From Myxococcota bacterium (GTDB taxonomy: Bacteria > Myxococcota_A > UBA796 > SXON01), in NCBI GenBank assembly GCA_040386535.1, contig JAZKFH010000013.1, forward strand, positions 128,001 to 192,000: DNA of 64,000 nucleotides, in the 5' to 3' direction. Below are positions 30,908-41,450 of the stretch, in pieces (position 1 is the stretch's first letter; each line of letters begins with the position of its first letter). Under the pieces are notes generated by a model. It was given only the letters and a program-made list of their open reading frames with translations. It was not told the origin of the DNA and did no database searches. Both the position numbers and the translations under genes were made by a program.

Positions 30908-32157
30908 CAGCTCTCGCGGGCGGTGCGCGGCACCGTGTTCTGGACGTCGACCTCGAGGATCGCCCGTTCGTTCGCCAACGCGACGGTGAGCACGAAGTCC
31001 CCCCAGGCGAGGCGTTCCCCGGCGGCGGGCACGTGGCCGAGCTGGGAGAGCAGGAAGCCGGCGAGGGTCTCGTAGTCGCCCTCGGGCATCTCGAAGCCGG
31101 TGGTCTCGTAGAGATCCTCGCCCTCGACCCTCCCCGACGCGATCCATTGGCGCTCGCCCATCTTGCGCACCAGCGGCCGGGCACGATCGTACTCGTCCTC
31201 GATGTCGCCCACGATCTCCTCGAGGATGTCCTCGATCGAGATGAGCCCGACGGCGCCGCCGTACTCGTCCACCGCGACGGCGAGGCGTTGGCGCTTGCGA
31301 CGGAGATCGACGAACAGCTCGTCCACGCGCTTGGTCTCGGGGACGAACATGATCTCGTGCATCACCGTGCTGACGGGACGGGCGTCGTCGGGCGCGAAGA
31401 GCAGGTCGCTGTGCATCACCATGCCGACGATGCGGTCGATGCGCTTGCGGTAGATGACCAGCCGCGAGAACCCCTGGTCGATCATCACGGAGCGGGCCTC
31501 GCCGCACGTGGCGGTCTCCGGCACGCCCACGACCTCGATGAGCGGCACCATCGCGTCCGCCACCTGGGTCTCCGAGAAGTTGAAGACCCGGAGGATCATC
31601 TCCTTCTCGTCGTCGTGGATGTCGGTCATCGTCGCGCTGTCGAGGAGGAGCTGGATGTCCTCGCGGCGCACGGCGTGCACCTGCGCGTCCTTCACGCCGA
31701 GCACGGTCATGATGATGCGCGTGGCGTGCTCGATGGCCCAGAGCACCGGCCGGAGCAGCACGGAGAGCGCCGAGATCGGCTGCGACACCAGCGGCGCGAG
31801 CGTGTTCGCATGCTGTTGGAAGATGGTCTTCGGCACCATCTCGGAGAAGATGATGGTGAGCGGGGTGTACACCGCCACGACCAGCAGCTCTGGCACGTCC
31901 CCGAAGCGGCCGAGCGCGTGCGCGACCAGCGTGGCGCCGGCGATGGTCGCCACGTTGGTGCCGATGAGGCACGTGCCGACGAGCTGGGTGGGGCGCTCGA
32001 GGAGCTTGAGGACGCGCTTCGCCGCGCTGTCGCCGTTCTCGGCGCGCGCACGCAACACGAGGCGATCGGAGCCCACGATCGCGATCTCGGAGCCCGAGAA
32101 CAGGCCCTGCGCGAGGATGCAGCACGCGATGAGGAGCAGCTCGCCGAGCGGGGTCAC
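30907..32157 (-). CDS. CNNM/CBS/CorC domain protein (hemolysin family, Mg/Co transport)
   Basis: FSGSEIA, LIGTN, EMVPK, VDEYGG, EDILEEIVGDIEDEYD and YETLAG. Confidence 0.88.
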   Translation of the reverse strand: MTPLGELLLIACCILAQGLFSGSEIAIVGSDRLVLRARAENGDSAAKRVLKLLERPTQLVGTCLIGTNVATIAGATLVAHALGRFGDVPELLVVAVYTPLTIIFSEMVPKTIFQQHANTLAPLVSQPISALSVLLRPVLWAIEHATRIIMTVLGVKDAQVHAVRREDIQLLLDSATMTDIHDDEKEMILRVFNFSETQVADAMVPLIEVVGVPETATCGEARSVMIDQGFSRLVIYRKRIDRIVGMVMHSDLLFAPDDARPVSTVMHEIMFVPETKRVDELFVDLRRKRQRLAVAVDEYGGAVGLISIEDILEEIVGDIEDEYDRARPLVRKMGERQWIASGRVEGEDLYETTGFEMPEGDYETLAGFLLSQLGHVPAAGERLAWGDFVLTVALANERAILEVDVQNTVPRTARES

Positions 32158-33482
32158 GTGAGCTCCTCGCTGGAGAGGCGCTCATCGGCGCGGATGGTCA
32201 CGGTCACCTCGGTGATCCGCCGCCCGTCGACACCCGAGACGAGAAAATGCAGGCCGTTCCACTCGACCTCGTCACCCTTCTTCGGCGCGGCGCCGAGCTG
32301 GTGGAACACGAAGCCGCCGAGCGTCGTGTAGTCGCCTTCGGGCAGCTCCGTGTCGAAGCGCGCGTCGAAGTCCTCGATGTCGATGCCGGCGCGCACGGTC
32401 CAGACGTTCTCCTGGAGCTGGGTGGCCTCCTTCTCGTCCACGTCGCTCTCGTCGAGCACCTCGCCCACGAGCTCGGTGAGCAGGTCGTCCAGGGTGGTCA
32501 GGCCGGCGATGGAGCCGTGCTCGTCGACCACGACGGCCATGTGGTTGTTGTTGACGCGGAACTCGCGCAGCAGGTCCTGGGCGCGCTTGGACGGCGGCAC
32601 GAACATCGCCGGATGGAGCATCTTCTGGAGCTGGCGCGCGTGCGGCGGCGGCGCGTTGCGTAGGCGCAGCAGATCCTTCACGAGCAGGACGCCCACGATG
32701 TTGTCGGGGTTGCTCTGCCAGATGGGGACGCGGCTGTAGCGGGCCTCCCGGAGCTCCTGGAGCAGCTCGTCCCACGGGGTGGTGAGGGAGAGGGAGAAGA
32801 TGTCCGGGCGCGGGGTCATGAGGCGGGACACGGGCAGGTCGCCGAACTCGAACACGCGGTGGATGATCTCCTGCTCCATCGGCTGGATGATGCCGGTCTC
32901 GCGCCCCTGGTCGATGAGGGTGCGGAGCTGGTCCTCCTGGAGGCTGTCGTGGAGCGGCGCCGGGGACACGCCGAGGCCGCGGAGGATGAGGTCTCCGATG
33001 CCGGAGAGCACGAACCGGATCGGGCTCACGAGCTCGTTCCAGAAGGCGAGCGGGCGCGCGATGCGCCGCGTCACCGTGCGGGCGAACCGGAGGCCGAGGG
33101 TCTTCGGGAGCACGTCTCCGAAGAGGATGAGGATCGGGGCCACGAGGAGGATGTTCAGCCAAGGCCAGCGGGGCAGCCACGCGAGGACCAGCGCGGCCGA
33201 CACCGCGGAGAGGCCGATGTTGGCGAACTCGTTGCCGATCAACAACGCCGCGAGGAGGCGACGGGGGCGGTGGAGCAGGTGGCGGACGGTCTCACCGACG
33301 CTCGGATCGTCCTTCAGCGCCTCGCGGTCCACCTTCTGCAGCGAGAACAGGGCGGTCTCGCTGATCGAGAAGAACATGCACAGCAGCAGCAGCGTGAGGA
33401 GGATCCCGACCGTGAGCGGGAGCCCCGCGGACGCGAGCGTGGGGACGGGAGCGGCCGATTCGGCGGAGAGCGCGAGCGACAC
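32154..33482 (-). CDS. CNNM/CBS/CorC domain protein (second paralogue)
   Basis: FFSISETALFSL, LLIGNE, MTPRPDI, YSRVP and VVDEHG. Start approximate. Confidence 0.85.
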   Translation of the reverse strand: MSLALSAESAAPVPTLASAGLPLTVGILLTLLLLCMFFSISETALFSLQKVDREALKDDPSVGETVRHLLHRPRRLLAALLIGNEFANIGLSAVSAALVLAWLPRWPWLNILLVAPILILFGDVLPKTLGLRFARTVTRRIARPLAFWNELVSPIRFVLSGIGDLILRGLGVSPAPLHDSLQEDQLRTLIDQGRETGIIQPMEQEIIHRVFEFGDLPVSRLMTPRPDIFSLSLTTPWDELLQELREARYSRVPIWQSNPDNIVGVLLVKDLLRLRNAPPPHARQLQKMLHPAMFVPPSKRAQDLLREFRVNNNHMAVVVDEHGSIAGLTTLDDLLTELVGEVLDESDVDEKEATQLQENVWTVRAGIDIEDFDARFDTELPEGDYTTLGGFVFHQLGAAPKKGDEVEWNGLHFLVSGVDGRRITEVTVTIRADERLSSEELT

Positions 33483-33496
33483 GGCGAGCAGCGGAC

Positions 33497-34459
33497 TCAG
33501 GGGGCCTCCCCTGTCCGAGACGGTCGCGGATGGAAGTGCGCGAACAGGGGCCGAGGCCATTCTCCGCCGCCGAGGAGGCGAAGCCCTGGCGCGGCCTCCA
33601 GCCGCCCCACGCGACCTATCGAAATGTCCTGCATGCTGGCGACGGATCGTACCGCATCTCGGTCGGCCGCGGCGGCACAGAACAACAACTCGTAGTCTTC
33701 TCCGAAGGCGACCCGCCAGGCGAGGGGCGCGTCCCCCGGGACCGCGGCGGGGTCGATCTCGGCGCCGCAGCCGGACGCGACGCAGAGGCGACCGAGGTCC
33801 CTCGCGAGCCCGTCCGACAGGTCCATCATCGCGGTGGCGAGGCCCGCCTCCGCGAGGGCCGCCGCGAACCGGGCCGGCGGCTCGGGCCGCCGCAGACGGG
33901 CCTGGGCCTCGGGGCGTGGCGCGTCCGACAGGAAGCCCTCCGCGGCGAGCCCGAGGCGCCCGGTGACCCAGATGTCGTCCCCCACGGCTCCCGTGCTCCG
34001 GAGGACCGGCCGCGACGCGTGGCCGCCCACCGTGAGCGACGCCGTGCGGACCGGGGCGCGCGTGGTGTCCCCGCCCACGAGCGCGACGCCCCACCGCGCG
34101 CACGCGGCGTGCAGCCCGCCGGCGAAGGCGTCAACCCACGCGCGGTCCAACGGGCTCGGCAGGCTCAAGGCCAGGAGCGCGTAGGTGGGGCGCCCGCCCA
34201 TCGCCGCGATGTCGGAGACGTTGACGGCGACGAGCTTCCAGCCCACGTCGGCGGGGGTCAGCTTGTCGTCCCAGTGCACGCCCTCGACCATGGTGTCGAC
34301 GGTGAGGATGCGGCCGTCGTCAAAAAGGGCGGCGTCGTCCCCGATGCCGACGCGGAGGCCCGCCGGGAGCGCCGTGCGCGTGGTCAGACGGTCGATGACC
34401 CAGTCTTCGCCAGGGTCGGGGCCCGGGTCGTTGGGCCCACTACTGTCACTGGCCGGCAT
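33497..34459 (-). CDS. thiL: thiamine-phosphate kinase
   Basis: GIGDDAA, DTMVEGVH, NVSDIAAMGG, GGDT, MDLSDGL and GEDYELL. Confidence 0.92.
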   Translation of the reverse strand: MPASDSSGPNDPGPDPGEDWVIDRLTTRTALPAGLRVGIGDDAALFDDGRILTVDTMVEGVHWDDKLTPADVGWKLVAVNVSDIAAMGGRPTYALLALSLPSPLDRAWVDAFAGGLHAACARWGVALVGGDTTRAPVRTASLTVGGHASRPVLRSTGAVGDDIWVTGRLGLAAEGFLSDAPRPEAQARLRRPEPPARFAAALAEAGLATAMMDLSDGLARDLGRLCVASGCGAEIDPAAVPGDAPLAWRVAFGEDYELLFCAAAADRDAVRSVASMQDISIGRVGRLEAAPGLRLLGGGEWPRPLFAHFHPRPSRTGEAP

Positions 34460-36365
34460 CGACAGGCTCCGGGGGCTGGAGCGGCCGCACGCCTTCGCGC
34501 GTGACCGTCAGGAGCCGCCAGGTACGGGTGAGCTGGCGATCCGGGCCGAAGCCGAGCGTGCCGGCGACGGGGTTCTCGAGGCGGGCCGACGTGAGCGCCG
34601 CGGTGCGGTCGCCGCCGGCCGCCACGATGGCGGCGACGAGCCGCGCAGTGTCGTACGCCGCGGCCTCGACCACCGTGGGCTCGCCCTTGCCGCGCTCGCG
34701 CCAGGCGTCCACGAAGGAGTCGGTCGACGCGTCGTCCACCCGGGCGTCGAACGCGTCGACGAAGATCGAGTCCAGCACGTAGGTGCCGCCGCGGCGCGCG
34801 AGCTCGTCGTTGTTCCAGGCGTTGAGCCCGAGGAGCACGACCGACGCGTCGTCGCGGTGCGCCTTGAAGCGCCCGACGGGAAACTCCTCGAACGCGAGGG
34901 CCGACGCGAGCAGGGCCACGCGCTGGTAGGAGTCGGGGATGAAGATGGCCTCGTAGTCGATGAGGGGCGGGAGCACGACCTTCTTGGGATCCTGCTTGGC
35001 CCTCTCGGCGTCGCGCTTGAGCTGCGCGTACTCGCCCGACCGGGCCGTGTAGTCCTTCTTGCCGAGCACCTTGGCGGTGGCGCGGAAGTCCTTCTGCTCC
35101 GGATCGTAGGCGGCGCGGGCCTGCACGGAGCCCCCGCGGGCCTTCACGGCGTCCGCGAAGATGCGGGCCGCGTTCTCGCCGAAGGGGGTGCTGGGGTTGA
35201 CGATGGCGTACCGCTTGACCGCGCGCACGTCGAAGGTCTCCTTCAGCAGGGCCTCGACGAGCTGCTCGGTGCTCGGAAAGGCGCGGTACACCTGGTCACC
35301 GGCGGCGAGCACCTCCTCCGAGGAGGTCAGTGTCAGCAGCGGAACGCGGAGCGCCTGCGCGGTGGCGGCGCACTCCAGCGACTCCTCCTTGAGGAGGGGC
35401 CCGATGACGAGGCTCGCGCCTTGCTGGAGGGTGGCGAGCTCCAGCGCCTTCACGCACTTCTCGGCGGTGCCGCCCGTGTCGAAAAAGGCGAGGCGGAGCT
35501 TGCCGCCCGCGTGCTGATTGCCCATCTCGATCGCGGCGCGGAGGCTCTCGGCCGGGAGCGCGTAGGTCCCCGTGAGCGGCAGGAGCACCGCGACGAGCCC
35601 CGGATCGACCTTCGTTCCGGACGCGGCGCGACGAGCGGCGTAGGCGGCCTCCCGCGCGAACGGCGAGTCGGCGAAGCGCTCGGCGAAGGTCGCGGCGAGC
35701 TCGCCGGCCTTCGGGAGATCCCCCTTGGTCACCGCCGCGCGGATGGCGGCGATGGCCTGGAGATCCGCGGGATCCTTGGAGGGCGGCGCCGCGGAGGGCC
35801 CGCCGCCGTAGTTCTCCCACACGGCGTCCACCGCCGTGCTGACCCGCTTCGCGACGTCCTTCTGGTCGTTCGCGTAGCGCACGGCCTTGTCGCCGAGGGT
35901 GCGCACCACGTCCGACGGCGCGCCCTCCGCCGCCTTGGCGCGCGCGAGGAGCAGGTAGCGATCGGCGTTCAGGGAGTCGGGGACGCCCTTGTCGCCGATG
36001 AGCTCGAGCGTCGCCAGGGTGTTTCCGCTCGCCTCGCCCTTCGCGTCGACCACCGCCATGCCGAGCACGGCGGGCTCCTTGGCGGGGGAGGTGGGATGAT
36101 CGCCGGCCACGGCCTCGAAATGCGCGCGCGCCCCGACCAGATCCCCGGAGAGGCGCCGGAGCTCGCCCGCATACAGCAGGAGCCACGGGAGCTCGCTCTC
36201 CGCGACCTCGCCGCGGGAACTCTCGAGCAGCTCCGCGCCGGCGGTCCGGTTCTTCATCTCCAGCGCTTTCTGGACCGGGTCGGGCATGCGGGGTGCGGCG
36301 GCGCACAGGAGCAGGATCGGGAGCAACCCCGGGAGCGCGGCGAGCCCGCGCAGAACGCCCTTCAT
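34446..36365 (-). CDS. LpoA/LppC-like protein (TPR-like region plus type I periplasmic-binding domain)
   Basis: Signal peptide, a helical N-terminal half, then VAVLLPLTG, VIGPLLK and AIFIPD. Confidence 0.75.
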   Translation of the reverse strand: MKGVLRGLAALPGLLPILLLCAAAPRMPDPVQKALEMKNRTAGAELLESSRGEVAESELPWLLLYAGELRRLSGDLVGARAHFEAVAGDHPTSPAKEPAVLGMAVVDAKGEASGNTLATLELIGDKGVPDSLNADRYLLLARAKAAEGAPSDVVRTLGDKAVRYANDQKDVAKRVSTAVDAVWENYGGGPSAAPPSKDPADLQAIAAIRAAVTKGDLPKAGELAATFAERFADSPFAREAAYAARRAASGTKVDPGLVAVLLPLTGTYALPAESLRAAIEMGNQHAGGKLRLAFFDTGGTAEKCVKALELATLQQGASLVIGPLLKEESLECAATAQALRVPLLTLTSSEEVLAAGDQVYRAFPSTEQLVEALLKETFDVRAVKRYAIVNPSTPFGENAARIFADAVKARGGSVQARAAYDPEQKDFRATAKVLGKKDYTARSGEYAQLKRDAERAKQDPKKVVLPPLIDYEAIFIPDSYQRVALLASALAFEEFPVGRFKAHRDDASVVLLGLNAWNNDELARRGGTYVLDSIFVDAFDARVDDASTDSFVDAWRERGKGEPTVVEAAAYDTARLVAAIVAAGGDRTAALTSARLENPVAGTLGFGPDRQLTRTWRLLTVTREGVRPLQPPEPVDAGQ

Positions 36366-37444
36366 CGTCGGCTCCTGATCGTCTGTTCCCACGCGAGGCG
36401 CGCCGGATGGGCGTCCTGCCCCAGCCGCTCGCCCAGCGCGGTGACGGCCGCGCGCTGATCCGGGGTCAGGGCCGCGGGGACCTCGACCACGACGCGCACG
36501 TGCAGGTCGCCCTTGGCGCCACCGTCGATCGCCGGGAGCCCGCGGCCGGGCAACCGGAAGGTCTTTCCGCTCGGGGTGCCCGAGGGGATCCGGATGGTGG
36601 TGCTGCCCGCCAGGGTCGGCACCGCGATGTCCGCGCCCAGGGCCACCTCGGGGAAGGTGACCGGGATCTCGCACAACAGGTCGGCCCCGCGGCGGCGGAA
36701 GAGGGCGTGATCGTCGACATTGACCATTACATAGAGATCCCCCGCTGGCCCCGGGGTCGTCCCCGCGAAGGCGGCGGGCTCGTGGCCCTTCTGGCGGAGC
36801 TTGAGCTTCTGCCCGGTAGCGACGCCCGGAGGCACCTTCACGCGGAGCTTGTCGTCCAGCGGGTGGCGACCCTCGCCCGTGCAGCGGTCACACTTCTTGG
36901 CGGGCACGTAGCCACGCCCGTCACACGTCGCGCAGTCGGTCCGGAGCAGCCGCCGCGTGGGGGACTTGCCGCTGCCGCTGCACGTCGCGCAGGGAACCCG
37001 ATCCTCGGGGTGATCGCCGGTGCCGTCACATTTCTTGCAACGGACCGTGCGCGGGATGTCGAGGGTCCGCTCGACACCGGTGGCCGCCTCTTCGAGCGTG
37101 ATGGTGAGCGTGTACTTCAGATCCTCGCCCGCGCCGCCCGGCCGACGGCGGCGAAACAGGCCGTTCAACGTGTCCCGCAGGATGTCGTTGAGCTCGTCGG
37201 GGCTGGGGGGGCGCCCGGTGTGCGTGTAGAGCGGCCCGAGGCGGTCGTAGCGGGAGCGCTGCTCGGTGTCACCCAGCACCTCCCAGGCTTCGGCGCACTC
37301 CCGGAAGCGACGCTCGGCGTCGAGATCCCCCGGATTGCGGTCCGGGTGGAACTTCATCGCGAGGCCCCGGAAGGCGCGCTTGATGTCCTCGGACGAGGCG
37401 TTTTTCGCCACCCCCAGGACGGCGTAGTAGTCGCGGCGCGCCAA
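36362..37444 (-). CDS. dnaJ: DnaJ-family chaperone
   Basis: DYYAVLGV, HPD motif, four CxxCxGxG repeats, GDLYV. Confidence 0.85.
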   Translation of the reverse strand: MARRDYYAVLGVAKNASSEDIKRAFRGLAMKFHPDRNPGDLDAERRFRECAEAWEVLGDTEQRSRYDRLGPLYTHTGRPPSPDELNDILRDTLNGLFRRRRPGGAGEDLKYTLTITLEEAATGVERTLDIPRTVRCKKCDGTGDHPEDRVPCATCSGSGKSPTRRLLRTDCATCDGRGYVPAKKCDRCTGEGRHPLDDKLRVKVPPGVATGQKLKLRQKGHEPAAFAGTTPGPAGDLYVMVNVDDHALFRRRGADLLCEIPVTFPEVALGADIAVPTLAGSTTIRIPSGTPSGKTFRLPGRGLPAIDGGAKGDLHVRVVVEVPAALTPDQRAAVTALGERLGQDAHPARLAWEQTIRSRR

Positions 37445-37524
37445 GGCCTGATCCTCCGGCCGATAGCTAACGCGTGCCGAGGCAGCTCGTTGTCGTTGAA
37501 GGCGCGGATGTACGGAGGACGGGG

Positions 37525-39405
37525 CTACTCGTCATCGACGAGATCGCCCTCGAGCGCGAGGGAAGGGCCTCCTCCCGACGCGAAGCTGGCCGGCGCGTTG
37601 CGCGCCGCCGCGTAGATCGACTCCGCGATCCGCTGCGCCGCCACGGCGAGCGCCTCGTGGGCCCGCCCGACGACCGTGCTGTCTCCCGTGTCCATCGCGC
37701 GTTCGGCGACCGTGAGCGCGTCCCGAATCTGGGCGGCGTTGCCCGCGTCGAGCAGCTCGCCGTACTCGTCCATGCTTCGGCGGGTGGTGTAGATGAGACC
37801 GTCCAGCCGGTTGCGCGCCTCGGCGGCGGTCCGGCGCTCCTGGTCCTCTTCGCGGAACTGCTCCGCGTCGCCGATCATCTGCTCGATGTCGCCCTCGTGC
37901 AGGCCCGAGTTCGACACGATCCGCATGGATTGGGCCTTGCCGGTGCCGCGGTCGCGCGCCTGGACGTGCAGGATGCCGTTGCTGTCGAGCTCGAAGGTGA
38001 CCTCGATCTCGGGGAGCCCGCGTGGTGCCGGCGGGAGGCCGTGCATCTCGAGGTGGCCGAGGGACTTGTTGTCGTCCGCGAACTCGCGCTCGCCCTGCAG
38101 GATGTGCACCCGGACCATGTCCTGGTTGTCCTGCGCGGTCGTGAACACCTTGCTCTTGCGGCACGGGATCGTCGTGTTTCGGCCGATGATGGGCTCCGAG
38201 AGCCCGCCCGCGGTCTCGATGCCGAGCGAGAGCGGCGTCACGTCGAGGAGGAGGATGTCCTTTACGTCGCCCTTGAGCACCGAGCCCTGGATCGCGGCGC
38301 CGATGGCGACGACCTCGTCGGGATTGATGCCGCGCTCGGGGGCCTTGCCGAAGATCTCGGCGACCTTCTCCTGCACGCGAGGCATGCGGGTCATGCCGCC
38401 GACGAGCAGGATGGCGTCCAGGTTTCCGGGCTTCAGACGCGCGTCGGCGAGGGCCTGGCGGCAGGGGGCCTCGAGCCGTTCGATGAGGTCGGCGCAGAGC
38501 CCCTCGAGGCGGGCCCGGGAGAGCTCGGCCATCAGGTGGAGGGGGCCCGAGGGGGTCGCGGTGACGAAGGGGAGGTGGATCTCGGTCTCGGTGGTGTTCG
38601 AGAGCTCGTGCTTCGCCTTCTCCGCGGCCTCCTTGATGCGCTGCATGGCGACCGGATCACCCGCGAGCGACACGCCGGTCTCCTTGCCGAACTGTTCTAC
38701 GAGCCACGCGGTGATGCGGTTGTCGAAGTCCTCGCCGCCGAGGAACGTGTCGCCGTTCGTGGAGCGCACCTCGAACACGCCGTTGTCGATCTCGAGGATG
38801 GACACGTCGAACGTGCCGCCGCCCAGGTCGAACACGGCGATGCGCTCGTGCCCGCGCCGCCCCATGCCGTAGGCGAGCGCCGCGGCGGTCGGCTCGTTGA
38901 TGATCCGCAGGATGTCGAGGCCGGCGATGCGGCCGGCATCCTTCGTGGCCTGGCGCTGCGCATCGTTGAAGTACGCCGGCACCGTCACGACGGCCTCGGT
39001 CACCTTCTCGCTCAGGTAGGCCTCGGCGATCGACTTCATCTTCTCGAGGATGATCGCGGAGATCTGCTGGGGTGACCACGCCTTGCCGTCGACGCGGACC
39101 CACGCGTCGCCATTGTCCGCGCGCTCGATGGTGTAGTTCACCAGGTCGAGGCTCTTCTGTACTTCGGCATCGTCATATCGGCGCCCGATCAGGCGCTTGG
39201 CCACGGATACGGTTCGGGGAGCGTTGGTGACCGCCTGACGACGGGCGATCTGGCCGACGAGACGGTCCCCGTCGCGCGTGAACGCCACCACGGAGGGGGT
39301 GGTCCGGCTGCCTTCGTCATTAGGGATGACGAGCGGATCGCCGTGTTCGAGGACGGCCACGCACGAGTTCGTCGTGCCCAGATCGATACCGATAACCTTT
39401 GACAT
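37525..39405 (-). CDS. dnaK: chaperone DnaK
   Basis: [32 protein letters not shown] and [13 protein letters not shown]; lies between grpE and dnaJ. Confidence 0.93.
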   Translation of the reverse strand: MSKVIGIDLGTTNSCVAVLEHGDPLVIPNDEGSRTTPSVVAFTRDGDRLVGQIARRQAVTNAPRTVSVAKRLIGRRYDDAEVQKSLDLVNYTIERADNGDAWVRVDGKAWSPQQISAIILEKMKSIAEAYLSEKVTEAVVTVPAYFNDAQRQATKDAGRIAGLDILRIINEPTAAALAYGMGRRGHERIAVFDLGGGTFDVSILEIDNGVFEVRSTNGDTFLGGEDFDNRITAWLVEQFGKETGVSLAGDPVAMQRIKEAAEKAKHELSNTTETEIHLPFVTATPSGPLHLMAELSRARLEGLCADLIERLEAPCRQALADARLKPGNLDAILLVGGMTRMPRVQEKVAEIFGKAPERGINPDEVVAIGAAIQGSVLKGDVKDILLLDVTPLSLGIETAGGLSEPIIGRNTTIPCRKSKVFTTAQDNQDMVRVHILQGEREFADDNKSLGHLEMHGLPPAPRGLPEIEVTFELDSNGILHVQARDRGTGKAQSMRIVSNSGLHEGDIEQMIGDAEQFREEDQERRTAAEARNRLDGLIYTTRRSMDEYGELLDAGNAAQIRDALTVAERAMDTGDSTVVGRAHEALAVAAQRIAESIYAAARNAPASFASGGGPSLALEGDLVDDE

Positions 39406-39478
39406 CAATCCAGCTCCGTACAGCGTTTCCAGGCAGCAAAGCAAGCTTCGACGCAGGCTTCGACGTGGGATACCACGA

Positions 39479-40240
39479 TTATTCGTTCGGGGGCGCGGAG
39501 ACGGTCACCCGCGCCGGACGGAACAGCCGCCCGCGCAGACGGAAGCCGGCGTGCACCTCGTGCACGATCGTCCCCGGTAGCACGTCGTCATCGTGCACGT
39601 GCAGGACCGCCTCGTGTTGTGTCGGATCGAACAGCGTTCCCCGCTCGGCTTCCACCCGCTCGAAGCCGAGGCGCCCGAGGAGCCGCTTGAACTGCTCCAC
39701 GATCATCTGCAGACCGCCCAGGATCTGGGCCGGATCACTCACCGCGTGCAGCCAGGCGCGCTCCACGTTGTCGTACACGTCCACCACCGGGCGCAGGACG
39801 CGGTCCTCGCCGCGGCGCTCGGCCTCCTCGAGGTCCTTGCGCGCGCGGACCCGGAACCGATCGAAGTCCGCGGAGAGCTCGCCGTGCGCCCGGCGTACGT
39901 CGCGGGTCTGCCGGTCGAAAGTGTCCCGCGACTCGATCGCGCGGCCCAGGTCGCGCTCCAAGCGGCGGATGGTCTCCTGTTGCTCGCGCAGCCGGAACTG
40001 GAGGCGCCGACGTTCGTCGTCCGGGAGGAGCGGCGCGGTGGTCGGCTCGAGGGAGAGCTCGATGTCGTCCTCGTGCTCGTCGGCGGCAGCCGGCTCCACG
40101 TCATTCGTGCCCGTGGGCTCGGCCGCCGGACGGACGTTGCGCTCAACGGCGGCGAGGGCCTCCTCGATGAGGCTCGGATCGATCTCGATCAGGAGATCCT
40201 CCGGCGCCGGCAGCGGCCCGGTGGGCGTCGACTTGCTCAT
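39479..40240 (-). CDS. grpE: nucleotide exchange factor GrpE
   Basis: [24 protein letters not shown] and [16 protein letters not shown]. Start uncertain. Confidence 0.88.
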   Translation of the reverse strand: MSKSTPTGPLPAPEDLLIEIDPSLIEEALAAVERNVRPAAEPTGTNDVEPAAADEHEDDIELSLEPTTAPLLPDDERRRLQFRLREQQETIRRLERDLGRAIESRDTFDRQTRDVRRAHGELSADFDRFRVRARKDLEEAERRGEDRVLRPVVDVYDNVERAWLHAVSDPAQILGGLQMIVEQFKRLLGRLGFERVEAERGTLFDPTQHEAVLHVHDDDVLPGTIVHEVHAGFRLRGRLFRPARVTVSAPPNE

Positions 40241-41399
40241 GTCCGTCCGATGCGGGATGGTCGCCAGTATCCGACACCCGGTCGACGACGGGAAGGGGCG
40301 CCCCGGGATCCGCGTCGACGAGCGCGTCGGCGAGCCGAGCGGCAACGGCGTCCGCCACCGGAAAACCTTCCGCCGTAAGGCGCACGTAAGCCCCCTGTTC
40401 GACCACGAGCCCCCCGCGCACGAGGGCCGGATCGACGCGGATCTCCAGCCCCGTCCGCGCGGTGATCACGGCCCGATCGGCACCGTCCACGTGGCGCAAC
40501 GTGGACCAGAGCAGCTCGTAGGCGAGCGCGCGGGGCGCGGGACGCTCGCGGCTCTCGAGCGGATCGGCGGCGGCGAGGTACGCGTCGACGTCGGCGAGGT
40601 TGGCCGCGCGCGTGCCGTCGGGCCACCACGCGTGCGCCGAGGCGCCGAGGCCCGCCCACGGGCGCGCCCGCCAATAGTGCTCGTTGTGGCACGAGCGGTG
40701 CCCCGGCCGCGCGAAGTTCGAGACCTCGTACCGCTGGATGCCGGCGGCTTCGAGCGCCTCGACCGCGGCGTCGTACATCGCCCGCCACAGGTCCTCGTCC
40801 ACCGCGGGGGTGCGCGCGCGCGCGAAGGCCGTGTCGGGCTCGATCGTGAGGCCGTAGAGCGACACGTGGTCGGGGGCGAGCGCGACGACCGCGGCGAGAT
40901 CGGCTTGGAAGGCGGCGAGGGTCTGGCCGGGCACGGCGAAGATGAGGTCGAAGCTCACCGACGCGAACCCGGTCGCCTTGGCCTCGGCCACGAGGGCGCG
41001 CGCGTCGTCGGAGGTGTGCCCGCGTCCGAGCCGGCGCGCCACCACCGGATCGAAGCTCTGGACGCCGAGCGAGAGGCGCGTGATCCCCGCGTCCCGGAAC
41101 GCCGAGAGCGGCACCGGGAGATCGCCGGGGTTGGCCTCCATCGACACCTCCGCGCCGGGCAGCGGATCGAGGGCGGCGAGGATCCGACCGAGCTCGTCCG
41201 GCGGGCAGAGCGAGGGGGTCCCTCCGCCGAAGAACACGCTCGCGGGCCGGCCCGGGAACAGGTCGCGGCGCAACGCCCACTCGCGCACGACGGCGTCCGT
41301 GTACGCGGCGTGCGGGGGGTCACGACGGGTCGACACCGCGAACGCGCAGTACGGGCAGCGCAGCCGGCACCAGGGGATGTGGACGTAGACGCCGTACAT
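40143..41399 (-). CDS. hemW: radical SAM heme chaperone HemW
   Basis: YVHIPWCRLRCPYCAF, FFGGGTPS, YEVSNFA and HNEHYW (the HNxxYW motif). Confidence 0.88.
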   Translation of the reverse strand: MYGVYVHIPWCRLRCPYCAFAVSTRRDPPHAAYTDAVVREWALRRDLFPGRPASVFFGGGTPSLCPPDELGRILAALDPLPGAEVSMEANPGDLPVPLSAFRDAGITRLSLGVQSFDPVVARRLGRGHTSDDARALVAEAKATGFASVSFDLIFAVPGQTLAAFQADLAAVVALAPDHVSLYGLTIEPDTAFARARTPAVDEDLWRAMYDAAVEALEAAGIQRYEVSNFARPGHRSCHNEHYWRARPWAGLGASAHAWWPDGTRAANLADVDAYLAAADPLESRERPAPRALAYELLWSTLRHVDGADRAVITARTGLEIRVDPALVRGGLVVEQGAYVRLTAEGFPVADAVAARLADALVDADPGAPLPVVDRVSDTGDHPASDGHEQVDAHRAAAGAGGSPDRDRSEPHRGGPRRR

Positions 41400-41450
41400 C
41401 GCGCCCCGGTATCGCATCCGCCGCTCGCGGCGCGGTGATAGAAGCCGGGG

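Noticed and set aside
30907..33482. Tandem CNNM/hemolysin-family paralogues
   Set aside because: Tandem pairs of this family are common and do not indicate toxin function.
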